64,000 bases of DNA from Eledone cirrhosa (GCA_964016885.1 OZ024746.1:44268001-44332000), one strand, 5' to 3'. Shown: positions 29,995 to 45,072, counted from the stretch's first letter. Translations and numbers: made by a program. The notes: generated by a model not told the origin, from the letters alone.

Positions 29995-31516
29995 TGCAAA
30001 ATTTTTGATGTGATATAGACTAATCTTACTGGATTCCTGTTGATAAGCACAGAAGATTTGGGTATTTCACTCTTTTATTTCTATTCCATTTCGATTCTCT
30101 TTATTTTTCAATTCACATTCTACCGTTGCGAAACTTATTTGGGTTTCGAGGTTCAAATTCGTCTACAGAACAGGTTTGAATTTTGAAATTTAAATATGTC
30201 CAGGAATCATGGCAGTTGCCAATATAATATTGTCTTTATTGACTTATATCGAGACAGACAAATTGTATTCACTTTTATTAGTTTATTTCATTAATGGCTA
30301 ACTTTGTCTGTTGCAATGTAAACACATTTCGTGTTTATCGTACACTATTGACTGCTCGGAAGAGCCCCTTCCTGGAGCTTAATTATTGTAAACGACTGAG
30401 AGTTTATTCTCAAAATATAATATAATGTATTGCTCCTTTATTGTAAGAGCTGATCCTTAATCCTGCATAAGCGGCTGTTATTTCTAGCACCGTGAATGTG
30501 GGATAGCTAGTTTTGGCCTGCCTACCCACGTGTAGTCAGTCCTGCAAAATTTTTGATGTGATATAGACTAATCTTACTGGATTCCTGTTGATAAGCACAG
30601 AAGATTTGGGTATTTCACTCTTTTATTTCTATTCCATTTCGATTCTCTTTATTTTTCAATTCACATTCCACCGTTGCGAAACTTATTTAGGTTTCGAGGT
30701 TCAAATTCGTCTACAGAACAGGTTTGAATTTTGAAATTTAAATATGTCCAGGAATCATGGCAGTTGCCAATATAATATTGTCTTTATTGACTTATATCGA
30801 GACAGACAAATTGTATTCACTTTTATTAGTTTATTTCATTAATGGCTAACTTTGTCTGTTGCAATGTAAACACATTTCGTGTTTATCGTACACTATTGAC
30901 TGCTCGGAAGAGCCCCTTCCTGGAGCTTAATTATTGTAAACGACTGAGAGTTTATTCTCAAAATATAATATAATGTATTGCTCCTTTATTGTAAGAGCTG
31001 ATCCTTAATCCTGCATAAGCGGCTGTTATTTCTAGCACCGTGAATGTGGGATAGCTAGTTTTGGCCTGCCTACCCACGTGTAGTCAGTCCTGCAAAATTT
31101 TTGATGTGATATAGACTAATCTTACTGGATTCCTGTTGATAAGCACAGAAGATTTGGGTATTTCACTCTTTTATTTCTATTCCATTTCGATTCTCTTTAT
31201 TTTTCAATTCACATTCCACCGTTGCGAAACTTATTTAGGTTTCGAGGTTCAAATTCGTCTACAGAACAGGTTTGAATTTTGAAATTTAAATATGTCCAGG
31301 AATCATGGCAGTTGCCAATATAATATTGTCTTTATTGACTTATATCGAGACAGACAAATTGTATTCACTTTTATTAGTTTATTTCATTAATGGCTAACTT
31401 TGTCTGTTGCAATGTAAACACATTTCGTGTTTATCGTACACTATTGACTGCTCGGAAGAGCCCCTTCTTGGAGCTTAATTATTGTAAACGACTGAGAGTT
31501 TATTCTCAAAATATAA

Positions 31517-31520
<4 letters not shown>
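29995..31520. repeat. 548-bp tandem repeat, ~2.8 near-identical copies
   Basis: gcaaaatttttgatgtgatatag starts at 29996, 30544 and 31092. The last copy ends caaaatataatata and runs into (TA)n. Confidence 0.95.
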
Positions 31521-31598
<78 letters not shown>

Positions 31599-31604
31599 CA
31601 TATG

Positions 31605-31655
<51 letters not shown>

Positions 31656-31724
31656 TTTATATATGTATATATATATATTTTATATATGTATATATATATA
31701 TTTTATATATGTATATATATATAT

Positions 31725-31810
<86 letters not shown>

Positions 31811-31811
<1 letters not shown>

Positions 31812-32625
31812 ATATAGTATTTACGTATCGAGAAAGAGAGAAAAAAAGGAGGGATAGGTGATACATATAGTTATTTGCCAAGTAGCGTATGCCAAAGGTG
31901 CTCGATACTAGTGCCGGCAGTATTAAATATTCGAAGTGTTAATATTTAGTGGGCTAGAGAGTTAGCAGAGCGTAAGCACGTGGGAAAGTGAAAAATCGGA
32001 GAATAGACCGTTAAAACATGTTTATTGAAAATATCACCTACGTACGTTTCGCCCAGTTGGGCTTCTCAAGGGCATAAACAGTCACAAGTGTTCCTTATAT
32101 AGTTTGGAAAGAGATTTGGGGGTTAAATCGACATCAAGATTCATTGTTCGCAAAAATATCTTGTTTTGATTTTTCAGCAGGTCAAGGGAGGTAACTTTGG
32201 CCGGTGTTAGGGCAGTCTTTCCCGGATAATTTTTGGTATGCAGGGATCGTTTTTTGGGTGTTATTTTGCTGCGCCTGCCCGCCGGGGTGTTAAGTCTTGT
32301 TGCAGGGAGATCCAGTGTGTTATTTCACTCTCCATTCTTAACCCATCTAAAGAAGGATATTTTTAAGCGATGTGTACAACTTATCGCTGTTTCAGCTCTG
32401 CTGTTGATGAGCTCGTGGGGTGCAGTTATGATGTGGTAGAGCTCCATGAGGCAAAGATCGCATTTCCTCTTGAAGTTGTACGGTGCAGCCCTGTCGACAA
32501 TCTCCCAGTGCGTGGAGAAGCAAATGTTTAAGTCCTTTAGTGATGTGATGTAGTCCGCGAGCGAGGTGGAGTGCCTTAGTTTTCTATTTGTGAAAGAGTG
32601 GAGATGTGTCCGAAACCTAATTTTG
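31811..32625 (-). mobile_element. 5'-truncated PLE (Hydra-clade-like EN C-terminus + 3' UTR/pseudo-LTR) inserted in (TA)n
   Basis: Minus strand ~32623-32325: [88 protein letters not shown]...*. Open frame, followed by a hammerhead motif and AATAAA. Confidence 0.8.
32032..32076 (-). ncRNA. Variant-core minimal hammerhead motif
   Basis: Minus strand: tatgcc-CTTGAGAA-gccc(aact)gggc-GAAA-cgtacg-TA-ggtgata. Palindromic stem III ACGTACGT. AATAAA lies ~5 nt downstream. Confidence 0.65.
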
Positions 32626-33426
<801 letters not shown>

Positions 33427-35171
33427 ATCCCATTAAGAATGCAGTGGGAAAGCGGAAGCAATGCTAAAAAGAAATATAATGGAGAAAGTAGTGTAAAGAA
33501 AGAATAAAAAATAGCATAATGTCTGAAGGCTAGAACCGTTTTAGCAAATGAAGAATGAAAAAAAAAGACCATCTTGTTCTTTGAAGGTTTTCATTGTATG
33601 TGATTGACTGCTCGTGAAAAATAATATTTGTAGCACACTATGGCTGTCAAATACCAAATGATAATGCTCGTAACTTTAAGAATAATAACAGGAATGATTA
33701 TGGAAATAGCAATGGTTAACAAATTTGAAACTATAATACCAAGGATTATGAAAATGCTAAATGTTCTACTTAAATTATGATTTGGTGAATAAAGAATAAA
33801 AGGGCTGCAAGTACAACAGATATCATTATCTCTGGCATTAAATATTGCTATTCATATGATACCATTTTGCCTCAAATAACGTAATTGTTTGCTTCTATAA
33901 TTTATCGGGAAAATCGTTTTAAAATATTTCGATACATAATCGTATTCTTTAGTATTGGCTCTTTGAAGACATGGAATGATATTTTAACGAAGCTCTCTTT
34001 GCATTTAAAATTTGTAGATAACCTATATTTTTATCATTATTTTGAACGATCATTCACTTGGCAACATCGTATATAAATTTACTTTGATATTAGTTCCCCG
34101 TTATTCATGTTATATTTATATTGAGGGCATATGTCATGGATCTAAGTTAAATGTCTTATTATCCACAAAATGTTCCCGAGGTTGTTAATACAGTTTGGAG
34201 AATAGAAATAAATAAATTCATAATTTTGTATTGATTTACTGATTTGTGTAGCCTTTGTGTATTTTAATAAGATATATTGTCTCTTTGTCCTCACATAACT
34301 TTCAATAATCCAGTTCCATTGTGTTATTTTATGATAGCTTAACCTATATTATTCACGTTGTTTGATATAGCCGAATGTTTAGAAAAATATAATTAAGTGC
34401 TTATTGTGGGAAAGTTAAAAGGATTTGGTACAATAGTTCCGCGAATATTTATAGAAAGTTTGGCGTAGTCAATGAGTAAGTTGTCTGGTTCTAAAAGAAA
34501 GAAACTTAATACTAAGGCAGATTTATCCTGACCTTTTCACTGCTGAAATATCTTATTGATGATTAATAGAAATTGCAGGTGTTTTAGTGTATGTATCAGT
34601 ACTTCGAAATATTAATATTTTACGGCTTTGTGTTATAAAAACTAAATTTTATTATAAAAGGAACAAGTAAATTAAAAAATAAAGAAAGAAACAGTTACTG
34701 TTGTATTAGATTTAGCTGCTGTAGTTATTATTCTCATTGTTATTGTTGCTATTGCTGTTCTGGTGATTTGATGATGATGTTCTGTTTTTCAATTTCTCGT
34801 TTTATGTTCCACACGGAAATGTACTGTGATATTTTTCTTTTCAATACAAATATATTTCTAATGTTTTCTTTTTTAAATATGACATTCTAATATCATCGTG
34901 CAAGTTCGTCCTCCAGGAATATTAATTTCTCAGCGTGTTCATGGCTTTGACTGTTGCCTTAGAAATATAATGTAAAATGAAAAGTAATAAATAAAACTCA
35001 ACATAAGAGTTCACAACATATTGACATAGAGAAAGAAAGTAGAAGGGGATTTTAATCCAGCCCATAATTATTATGTAAACATCACAAAAAAATGAAGCAT
35101 ATTATTTGATACTCGAAAATGTAATAGAACGTAGACTAGAAAATATGAAAACAGTGATATTAAAATATAAT

Positions 35172-35264
35172 TGGCACAAGGCCAGCAATTACCCAGTTCA
35201 TTACTGGTACTTTATTTTATCGACCCCGTAAGGATGAAAGGCAAAGTCAACCTCTGCGGGATTT
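35172..35264 (-). mobile_element. 5'-truncated SINE (abundant family) with TSD
   Basis: ggcacaaggccagcaatt...tcgaccccgtaaggatgaaaggcaaag, flanked on both sides by gatattaaaatataat. Confidence 0.8.
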
Positions 35265-35762
35265 GATATTAAAATATAATGGATCGTAGACTAGTAGATA
35301 AGAAAACAGTGATATTAATATGTAAAGAGAAGCCCCTATCATAATGATAATAAAATCTATTACGTACTCATATTATAAGACTGTAAGATGAAATGCATGA
35401 GATAAGGACATCAAAATATAACAATGATGCCAAATAAAATGTCAATAGATTTTTAAGAAACTAAATCTGGAAGAAGAACATTTATATACTAATGCCTTTT
35501 CTTTGTGAAGAACTGCCAATATGTCGGATTTATAGGTGTGAAGAAATAGGATGTTATGATCTTCATGCGTTTACGCAGTAAAGTATTTGCTGTGTAAAGG
35601 GAGATACATGGCTCCAATCCTCTCAGTAATAGATTACATTTTGATAACTCGCAGGTATTATTTTTATTTATTAGATGCAATGTGCTATCGAAATGGTGTC
35701 AATTAAGAAAGGAAGACGATGATCGCGGCTTGCAAGAAACATCCTTATTGTTGCAATACACT

Positions 35763-35983
35763 AGGACGGTGGATTGGCAGTATCGGTAGAGAGTCGCACG
35801 CCATGCTTTGCAGCATAGAGTTACGTCCCTTTATGATCTGAGTTCAAATCCCGCCGAGGTTAACTTTGCCTTTCATCCTTACGGGGTCGATAAAATAAAG
35901 CACCAGTAACGCACTGGGGTTGATTTAATCAACTTTTCCCTCCCCCCAAATTGCTGGCCTTGTGCCTATATAACAAAAAAAAC
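35763..35983 (+). mobile_element. tRNA-derived SINE, full length, 17-bp TSD
   Basis: Box A tggcagtatcgg, box B gagttcaaatcc, core gcctttcatccttacggggtcgataaaataaag. TSD tattgttgcaatacact at 35746 and 35984. Confidence 0.9.
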
Positions 35984-36101
35984 TATTGTTGCAATACACT
36001 CATTGATAGATTATTTCTTAGTTACATTCCAGATTAATCTTAAGTAGGAATTTTAGCAGGAACAGAAAGAACAAACAAACATAGGTAATGACTATAATAA
36101 T

Positions 36102-36289
36102 TGTTTCTACTTTTGGCACAAGGCCAGCAATTACCCAGTACATTACTGGTACTTTATTTTATTGACTCCGTAAGGATGAAAGGCAAAGTTAATCTCGGCG
36201 GGATTTGAACTCAGACCGTAATGGGACGTAACTCTGCTGGAAAGCATAGCGTCCGACTCTTTATCCATACTGCCAATCCACCGCCCCTT
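36102..36289 (-). mobile_element. Same SINE family, full length, 17-bp TSD
   Basis: TSD gtaatgactataataat at 36085 and 36290. Confidence 0.9.
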
Positions 36290-38526
36290 GTAATGACTAT
36301 AATAATGCAAATAGAGATAATACTTTCGTATTATTTAATTATACACAATGTTGTTCGATCCCTCGTAGAGTATAAAACTGTAGCCCATCTAAGAAATATT
36401 TATATGAAAGAAATATCAAATCCAGATGTTACTTCTTTTCTGTTTTATTAGTTCATAGCACAAACTCTGCATAATATTGTGTAAAATACCACCTACTCTA
36501 TTTTCACGAATACATATCCTCAACTAAAATTCAATTCATGTAGAGTTACAATGAAGCATTTATCTCGTAGTTCGTACGTCTCAATAGCACCAAAATCTCC
36601 GTAAAATCACATCACACTGTTGTAAATAAGAAAAACACATCCAGTAACCCAGTCCTACATTCCTTACAATGATTGATTATTCATTGATAGAACACTCTTG
36701 AAATTGACCGCTCAACAATGACTTACTTGGGCCAAATAACACAAACAACAATATAGAAATACATTAGCTGACAGTTATCACAATAGCAAATAAAACATAT
36801 CTTAGAAACTATACAGATCGTACTGTATTTAAATATATTTGAAAAGTACAATCGTTTTATGGAACAGCATTTTTTAGCAGTTACATAAAATATTTTTTCT
36901 AATAGAAAAAAGTAACCAATACTGGCAAAGTGAAGATAGGTTACTGGAGGTGAATACTTTGTGATAGATAATAAGACTTAATTTGAATGTTTGAGACGCT
37001 GCGTCTTGTACCTTGGAAAGAAAATGTGTTCAATGATATAACTAATTATTTTTATATAATTCTTTTAATTCATTCATGAAAAAAATCATACCATAATTAT
37101 TTGCAAATTCGTCTGCTTTTCTCATGTGATATTACATTTCCGAAATATGTTTTAATTGCATATTACTTATTGCAAAGTAAAAACAATGTTTATTTATTTA
37201 TGATAATATACTCTATATGTTTTCAAAGCAAGAATTAGTAATCGTCTCAGTATTTAAAATTAATTCATTGAATATCATTACATTTCCTCACTGGGAAATA
37301 ACTGACGCAAATTCTATAAAACTGCATCATAATGATAATGAGCAAATGAGCATCATGTTTGACTTAAAATGCAAATCACAATTTATACACTACCGTACAA
37401 TATAAAACACAATATATACACTACATCAAAATGGAAAGCACAATTATTTGTAGACCCAAGAAAAGAATATTATACAGTTTACTGTATTTTATTTCCATAA
37501 AATCTTGTGTACGTTCGGTTGTCTGAACACATTGATCGATGAAGTCCTTTTGTAGCCTGACATGTCCAAAATGACAATGTGTTTGGAAACCCCTGTCAGT
37601 TTACTAGTGATGTGAAGTAAAATTGTTTTGTAGGATATTCCCAGTAAAGATCTATTGTACATTAATGCGAGAGGAATCTGCGACCTTCTTTATAAATGAT
37701 TAAAAAAAATAGTTCTACAACATTTATTTTTTATTTGAAATCGTAATTCTTGTTCTAGCTCTAAAAATAGAAAGCAATTCATCATGCAACATGTGTTCTA
37801 GTAAAATCTGATAATTTATGCATTAACATTCGATACATTTGACTGAAATATTCTTGAAATGGAAAAGCTTGACATTGAAACCAAATCGTAATTGATAATA
37901 AATGATGGTCGAAAAGTTTCAAAATCTTCTAAAGCTTTACTATGGTGGGCTGTACAAATCTTTCGATTATACGTAACTGAATTTTCATACTAAGATAAAA
38001 AATCTATTGCACCGTTGACAACTGAAATCAGCTACTCGGGATGCCTCAAGAATCGCTTTATCTGTTCGATAGAAATTGTTCGCATAAATTAGCAGGAAAT
38101 ATTATCAGACAATTAGACAGGAAGACCACCACAAATACCTAACATAATCTTCATGAGTTAATAAGGGAACATTCGCGTGATGAGTTGATATGTTAATAAT
38201 ATCAGCGGAAGTTTCCTCAAATTCCTCTGTCACATTAGAACATGAAGAACGATTTGAATAATGAAACTCGCGATCCTCTGAGTTTGAATGTTGTCATGGA
38301 TGGAATGATTTTTATCAGTTTTGTTTTAATCTGGTCAAACAACAATATTACATTTTCATTTTTACAAAATGGTAATGAGCACCAAGTGATAAAATGGAAC
38401 TGTGTAGTTAGTGGAAAAATCTCAAAGCACATAAGTATACAAGTACAAATAAAGGAGGCTCCATCTTATCAATTTTGAAAGGCATGGCAATATACAATGA
38501 AATATTCTCCTCCTCGCCGAACAACA

Positions 38527-38649
38527 TTCTTCTTCTTCTTCTTCTTCTTCTTCTTCTTCTTCTTCTTCTTCTTCTTCTTCTTCTTCTTCTTCTTCTTCTT
38601 CTTCTTCTTCTTCTTCTTCTTCTTCTTCTTCTTCTTCTTCTTCTTCTTC
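38527..38649. repeat. (CTT)n microsatellite, ~40 units
   Basis: Perfect ttc repeat adjoining the RTE fragment. Confidence 0.98.
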
Positions 38650-39410
38650 CACCACTCGTAAAGAAGGACCCGAGGTACTTGAACTTCTCCACCTGCTTCA
38701 GTGGAACAGCACTCACATGTAGAGTGCACTGTCCAGGCTTCCTTGAGAGGACGAGTGTCTTGTTATATAGCACTCGACAGAAAACCTATCAAGTTCATGC
38801 CGGAGATCACCTTCGGATGAGTTAAGTAGTACCATCTAATCCGCAAATTCCAGGCGGCTGATATTACTCCCGCCAGCCTTGATACTACTTCCAACCTGAC
38901 TGAACATGTCACCTCTCCTGTTTATAATAAAAAAGGATTATGAAAAGGGGAGGTGACAGTATTCATTCTAAAATTGGAGGAATTTGTCTTGTCACCCGTT
39001 TCGAAAATTGGGATTATCACAGCCAATTCACATTTTTATGTGACTTTCCAGACATCTAGGCCACCCGGAGTTCAACACCTCGAGCCGAATTTCATCCGCC
39101 CCAGCGGCCTTGTCACACTTGAGTTCTTTAATTGCTCTTGCGACCTCAGTATCCAAAAGGTTAGTTATCGCTTCAAGATGCACTTCATGTACATCAGAAG
39201 ATGCTATTGTGACCGGACTTACGAGATCAGCAACATATTCTCTCCACCTCGAGAGTATGCACATCTCCGCAGAGAGGAGAACCCCAGAGGTGCTCCCGAT
39301 AGTAGGCGTTGAGGAGGACCTGTTTTTACTAAGGCTGCTGCTTCTGTGCTAAAACGCTATATGGTGAAGGCAAGCCTTTGCTTGCCATTTGGGCGCACTC
39401 TCTTTATCAA
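38650..39410 (-). pseudogene. RTE-clade LINE RT fragment, internally deleted
   Basis: RWREYVADL...TEVARAIKELKCDKAAGADEIRLEVL (39028-39264) and VPLKQVEKFKYLGSFFTSGG (~38650-38710). Confidence 0.8.
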
Positions 39411-39417
39411 CCTACAA

Positions 39418-39686
39418 TCGCTGGCGCTTGACATTAATGTAGATACACAATTTTTCATAAAAATGGATCGTAACTATTTGGTTGTGCGATGGTAAGGGAG
39501 CAGAGAAGTCGCACCTCCCATCAGTCAAAACGTGGTGCACCCATTGGTTCAGCTTGCACACTTTCCTATTGCAAATAAGGGATTGATGATGTTTGTTTTC
39601 GATGTCCCATGCATTTCGGAGAGTTTATGTGATGCTTGGCATGGCTCAGCTTCCACTAGCTCACGCAGTTGCTCGGCATTGAAATA
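39418..39686 (-). pseudogene. Decayed mariner transposase fragment
   Basis: FNAEQLRELVEAEPCQASHKLSEMHGTSKTNIINPLFAIGK / KLNQWVHHVLTD (WVPHEL motif) / EKLCIYINVKRQR. Confidence 0.7.
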
Positions 39687-41149
39687 GGATGAATGCAATG
39701 CGCACCTAATAGCACATAAATGTAAGAGATGCCTTTCGGAAACAAATTGGGCTATTTAACTACATGCATACCCACAAAACCTGTCTGAAATCGTGATGAA
39801 ATAAAATATAATACACATGCGCACACTAACACAAGCACATACACATGCTCACATATATAAATGTGTGTATGTGTGCATGAATATATGAGGGTGTGCATGT
39901 ATAATTATTTATCTGATCTTTAAGTTATTTACAATTTATTATTTGTAATTACGATGTAGGCATTATGCCAATACTAGTTTTTGGTCCTCAATATAAAATA
40001 AGATTTTTCTATGCACACTAACTTTACCATGAAAGTTACTGTCGAGACAAAGACATTATCAGGAAAAGACATCTGCAAATGTTGTATAGTTCCCAGCAAT
40101 TTAGATAATATATTCTTTAGAATTTCAACACTTTCAGATAAATCTCTGTCTAAAATCTAAAATGTGAGATATAGATTTTCATTTTAGTCCATATTATAAA
40201 CGCTCCTACCCCACCAAAATAAATGTATGTGCTCTGTTTGCGAATCTACGTTGTTTGTTTTTGTTTTTCTCCCTCCTTCCTCAGTTTGTTTATGAGAGAG
40301 TATGCATGGATGTGTGTGCATACGTGTGTGTGAGTGTGTGAGTGTGTGTGTAAACATATAAATTCTGATTGTGTATATACAAACATATATACATTCATTA
40401 TTATACATAACAGTGAGAGGAATGTATTCTTCTGAATACTGACGGCAGACAGAAGCTATATTTTCGTAAAAGAATGATGCCTAAACTTTAGATTATTTCA
40501 CAGAAAATATATGCCTCCAACATTTTATACATGAGAACTGATAGTAATTCATTACTTTGCGTTATACTACTGGTACTGAGAATATGTTATGGAAATGTGG
40601 TTCAACATTCTGTTTAGCTTCGGAGCAAAGCTAAACAGCTAATGTTTTAGTCGTTACACATTCATATTATATAGGTTTTCATTTCTAAATTATTCCATAA
40701 CTAATTTAAAAGTCACTAATAAATTATTTAATATCAAACATTATAAAGCAAAGAAGAATACTTTATTTGCCTTTAATTCATCGATTAGAAAATATTTTGA
40801 ATAACTAATTCCTTATTCAAATTTACAAAACTTAAAAAAATATAATGCAAGAAAGTGCTAAATTGTTCTAACTTCTAGGCATTGATTTTGAAAGGAACAT
40901 ATTGACATATTGATTATGTTTAATGGATAAAGCATATTAAATATAATATAACTTCATGCATTATAAAATCTAAGGTAAAACAAATGGATCTATAACAATA
41001 ATTTATAATCTTCGCTGTAAAATTTGAACAAAAGACAATTACATAGGGGATAAAAGAAATACCTAGGAAAACTAGAATTGATAAAATATGGGTACGCAAA
41101 TGCCATGGTGATGTAATCTGAAACAAATCCCATGATCCAAGATGGAGTT

Positions 41150-42330
41150 CGTAAGCAAGCGGGTTTTCAAGGAGATTTAAAGCAGGTTTGAATGTTCAAA
41201 ACTGTTTTCAAAAAATTCCTAAAGGCTGAATTCTGAAACGAAGACTAATATGGGAATGTGGACTAATGAAAGCTGTACTGGTTGTAATAATGGATGGCGA
41301 GGGAATCTGGCCGGTAATGACTGACTTCAGTGCCTTAAGATGTCGAAGGTGAGTGCGATTGGTTGCAATATGGCGGAGTAAAAGGAATAGAAATCATTTA
41401 AATCTGTTTTACAACTTCAAGATAAATCCCAGAAGAGAGAGAGAGAGAGGGGAGATAGAGAGAGAGAGAGGGAGAGAGAGAGAGATTAAATGGTTCAGAG
41501 ACGCTTGACACTTGTTCTATGGCGTATCTATTGAAGGTAATGAAAGTAACATTTATAGAGTGGTTGGCTTGTTAGTTCGAAGCAAAAAAGTGATGTTTTT
41601 GCATTATCCATAATGTTGCATTATCGATAACATTGCACCGTATTTACATACAGCGTTTTAGGAGCATTTTAAAACATGGTGGAGCCCATCTCCTCTCCAG
41701 GTCTGAACACAGAAATTCTCCCAGAAAAAGGTAGAAAGTGAGTGAGATATATAAAGGAAGAATAGACACCAGTACTAGACTGGTACCTTGTTTTATTGAC
41801 CCCGAAACGATGAAAGGCAAAGTTGACCTCACCAAGATTTAAACTCAGAGAGCAAAGAACCGAAACGAATACCACAAAGCATTCTAGCCGACGTTCTAAT
41901 GACTATGGTAATCCACCGCCTTCTGACGGTGGGCATAGGGAAGTGTAAAGGACATTTTGAAAGTGTTGGATGGAAATAAGCCTAGTGCCCGCAGAGTAGA
42001 AAGCGGCAACGATTACGAAAGGCTTCTTCACAGGACGAATACTTACAAAACCAGTATTATTGAGAAATGGAGTAAAGTTGGAACGTCAATTTTGATAAAA
42101 GATAACAAAAATCATCTCTACTTTGGAAAGCAGGATAGTTTATGGATTGCGCAATGCTGATGGCCAATGTAGGAAGAGGGGTTATGCTTGAAGATATGTT
42201 GATGGATGAGTTTGGTGAAATACATTTGGGGAAATGTGAAGTAAGCAGATTTAAAACTACGAATAGAAATTTTAAGCCAGAGCAGCTGAATGGTTTTGTT
42301 GCTGATATTGAGGTGAGATTATTAAGTTCT
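41150..42330 (-). pseudogene. Possible highly decayed CR1/L2/Jockey-group LINE remnant, interrupted by (GA)n and a SINE
   Basis: Only faint similarity by eye (ILQPIA..., TFKPALNLL near the 3' end). No intact motif. Confidence 0.3.
41760..41921 (-). mobile_element. Diverged SINE copy
   Basis: ttttattgaccccgaaacgatgaaaggcaaagttgacctc...atccaccgcc. Confidence 0.75.
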
Positions 42331-43700
42331 TGAGATAGTAGAATCTAAATATGAGCATGATTTATACATGCATCTTAGTGTTTATGTATGAATTTATTCC
42401 TATATGTATGGCCACTTTTCGTATTGTACAATATTCATAAATATTTTAGCTATTTAATATATAACGTAATCCGAACTGTAAAATATATTATAAAACCTAA
42501 TGTTGCTTATTTATATTTTGTGGATTTGTTGTGTTTCAAATTTAGATAACTTAATTATATCAAATTGTGCATTTGACAATACTTAATTCTCTTGATGATT
42601 GTCAATTTTAGTTTCGGACAATTTGATTTGTGTGTAAGTGACAATTTACTAATGTATTGTATGATATTATAAAATATGATATTAAAGTACACAATTATAT
42701 TCACGCTTGCTCAAATTCAATTCTTCTTTAAAAGTCATCTATAATTATTTCAAATTTGGAATACTGAAGAGAATCATTTAAATTCAATATCTAGCGGTCA
42801 GCTTGAACCTTTTAGTTAACTTCATTCTAGTCATTTCCCTTCTGCACTGTTCGTATTTAAAAAAATATATATTTCGAACAAGCTGTCACATCTGTAAATA
42901 ATGTTCTTTTTAATATTATCGGACATTCAGATCAATTTATCAAAATAATCAATGTTCCAAACGTACATCCGTGAATATTTAACATAGCATTACTATATTC
43001 AAACACTTTCTATCTATTTGTTTCATTTGGTTTCCAATTAATTTTACTAAAATCATACCCCGTGAAATTTTTGCCTAAAGTGATCTCACATATTCTATAC
43101 CACACGGGGATTATTTTCTTAATATTACATTTATTTTCTATAAGTGATCTGACATTTATTTAAATAATTTTATGAAGTTAAAATATACTCTCATCTATAC
43201 ATTTCTGAGCACATTAGAAATTAATGTTCCGTTAATTCTTTTTCTCTTTCAAAGCATAATTCTTCGAAATTTGACGAAACGCTGCTGTGGTTTTCTAGAT
43301 TCCATTTCTATTTTAATTCATCTTCCAAAAACAGATCAATAGCAATTACTTTTCAGCTAGGTAATTCTTTTATAGTTTAAGCCAAATTACTTTTTCTTCC
43401 GATTTGATTAATTTTCCTAAAATTCTAGAACTTTTAATATTAATTAGTACATTTTACCCGGAGCTGTTCTTGTAAATCATTGTTCTGTAATATAGTATTC
43501 AGATATTTAAACATAAAAGTAGATAAAAAAAAAAAAAAAATTCATAATTTGTGCAAAAACATGAAACAGACCAAGTGAAATTGAACGGTGAAAGGATATC
43601 TAAATATATCAAAACTATTTTTGAAATTCAGAAGCTTAGTGCAGCTGGAACAGGTATATTATTATTACATACTTTGGGGGGCTAGATATTATTACATACT

Positions 43701-43884
43701 AGAGGGCGGTGGATTGGCAGTATCGGTAGAGGGTCGGACGCCATGCTTTGAAGCATTCTGCTTGCCATTCTGAGTTCAAATCCCGCCGAGGTTAACTTTG
43801 CCTTTCATCCTTACGGGGTCGATAAAATAAAGTACCAGTAATGCACTGGGTAATTGCTGGCCTTGTGCCAAAAGTAGAAAAAAT
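43701..43884 (+). mobile_element. SINE copy, 14-bp TSD
   Basis: TSD tattattacatact at 43687 and 43885. Confidence 0.9.
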
Positions 43885-44404
43885 TATTATTACATACTTT
43901 AACTGCGTTTTGCATTTCTTTTAATTTATTTCTGCTAAACGATTTCGGATCTAAATTTTAGAATTCTAGAGAAATATACCTTTGATAGACGAAAGGTAAT
44001 TTCGTAGAAAAGGAATTTTTATATGAATTTATTTATGTTTATGTGTAATTACATAATTTATTTGTCTTAGTGCGTACTTGTATCAGCAGTTAAAATGAAT
44101 GCATTTGAATATTTCAGTTTCATGAAACATTTAATTCTAAACAACGTAGATGCGATCGTACAATAAATGTAATCTTGGCCTGCGTTTTCTGAATTTCATA
44201 ATTATCAATACATTTATAAGTAGAAATGGTATAGCTGATGAATCTAACCATAGTGAGATTATCCATTAAGCGAAATAAGTATGTGCTTATGGTAACGAGG
44301 AATAGGGATATCATAAAGCTTTTCAATTTCCGTATTTACCATGGTGCAAATGTTGTGCCATAACCAGGGACATTAAAGAGGTGGCCCATAACACTACTAC
44401 TAAT

Positions 44405-45072
44405 AATAATTGTTTCTACTTTAGGCACAAGGCCAACAATTACCCAGTGCATTACTGGTAGTTTATTTTATCGACCCCGTAAGGATGAAAGGCAAAGTCA
44501 ACCTCGGTGGGATTTGAACTCAGACTGTAACGGGACGTAACTATGCTGGAAAGCATGGCGTCCGACCCTCTACTGATACTGCCAATCCACCGCTACTAAT
44601 AATGGTTTCTTATATAGGCACAATCCACTACTACTAATAATAATGGTTTCTTATATAGGCACAAGGTCAGCAACTTTTGGGGGAGGGGGAAGTCAATTAA
44701 ATCGACCCCAGTGCTTCACTGGTACTTTATTTTATCGACCCCGTAAGGATGAAAGGCAAAGTTAACCTCAGCGGGATTTGAACTCAGGACGTAAAGGGTC
44801 ATAACTCTATGTCGAAAAGCATGGTGCCTGAGGCTCTACCGATTCTGCCTCTCCACCGCCCTCTAATAATAATAATTAATAATGAGGATTTATACTATAG
44901 GCACAAGGACATCAATTTTGGCGGAGGGTGAAGTCGATTAAATCCACCCCAGTGCATTACTGGGGCTTCATTGTATCCACCCCGTAAGGATGAAAAGCAA
45001 AGCTTTTTTTTCCTAAAGGACCGAAACTCTCTACTGCAAAGTATGGTGCCCAACGCCATAACGATACTGCCA
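44405..45072 (-). mobile_element. Three head-to-tail SINE copies (~44405-44593, ~44645-44862, ~44897-45072)
   Basis: ggcacaagg...ccccgtaaggatgaaa...(g)atactgcc occurs three times, separated by (TAA)/(CTA)-rich spacers. Confidence 0.85.

Noticed and set aside
30455-30510. Twister-like reading (UAA-P2-GC...AGC) in the 548-bp unit
   Set aside because: P1 and the pseudoknot pairings cannot be completed. A simple long hairpin explains the pairing better.
38408-38825. Poly-R/E/K/L ORFs
   Set aside because: (CTT)n microsatellite read in different frames.
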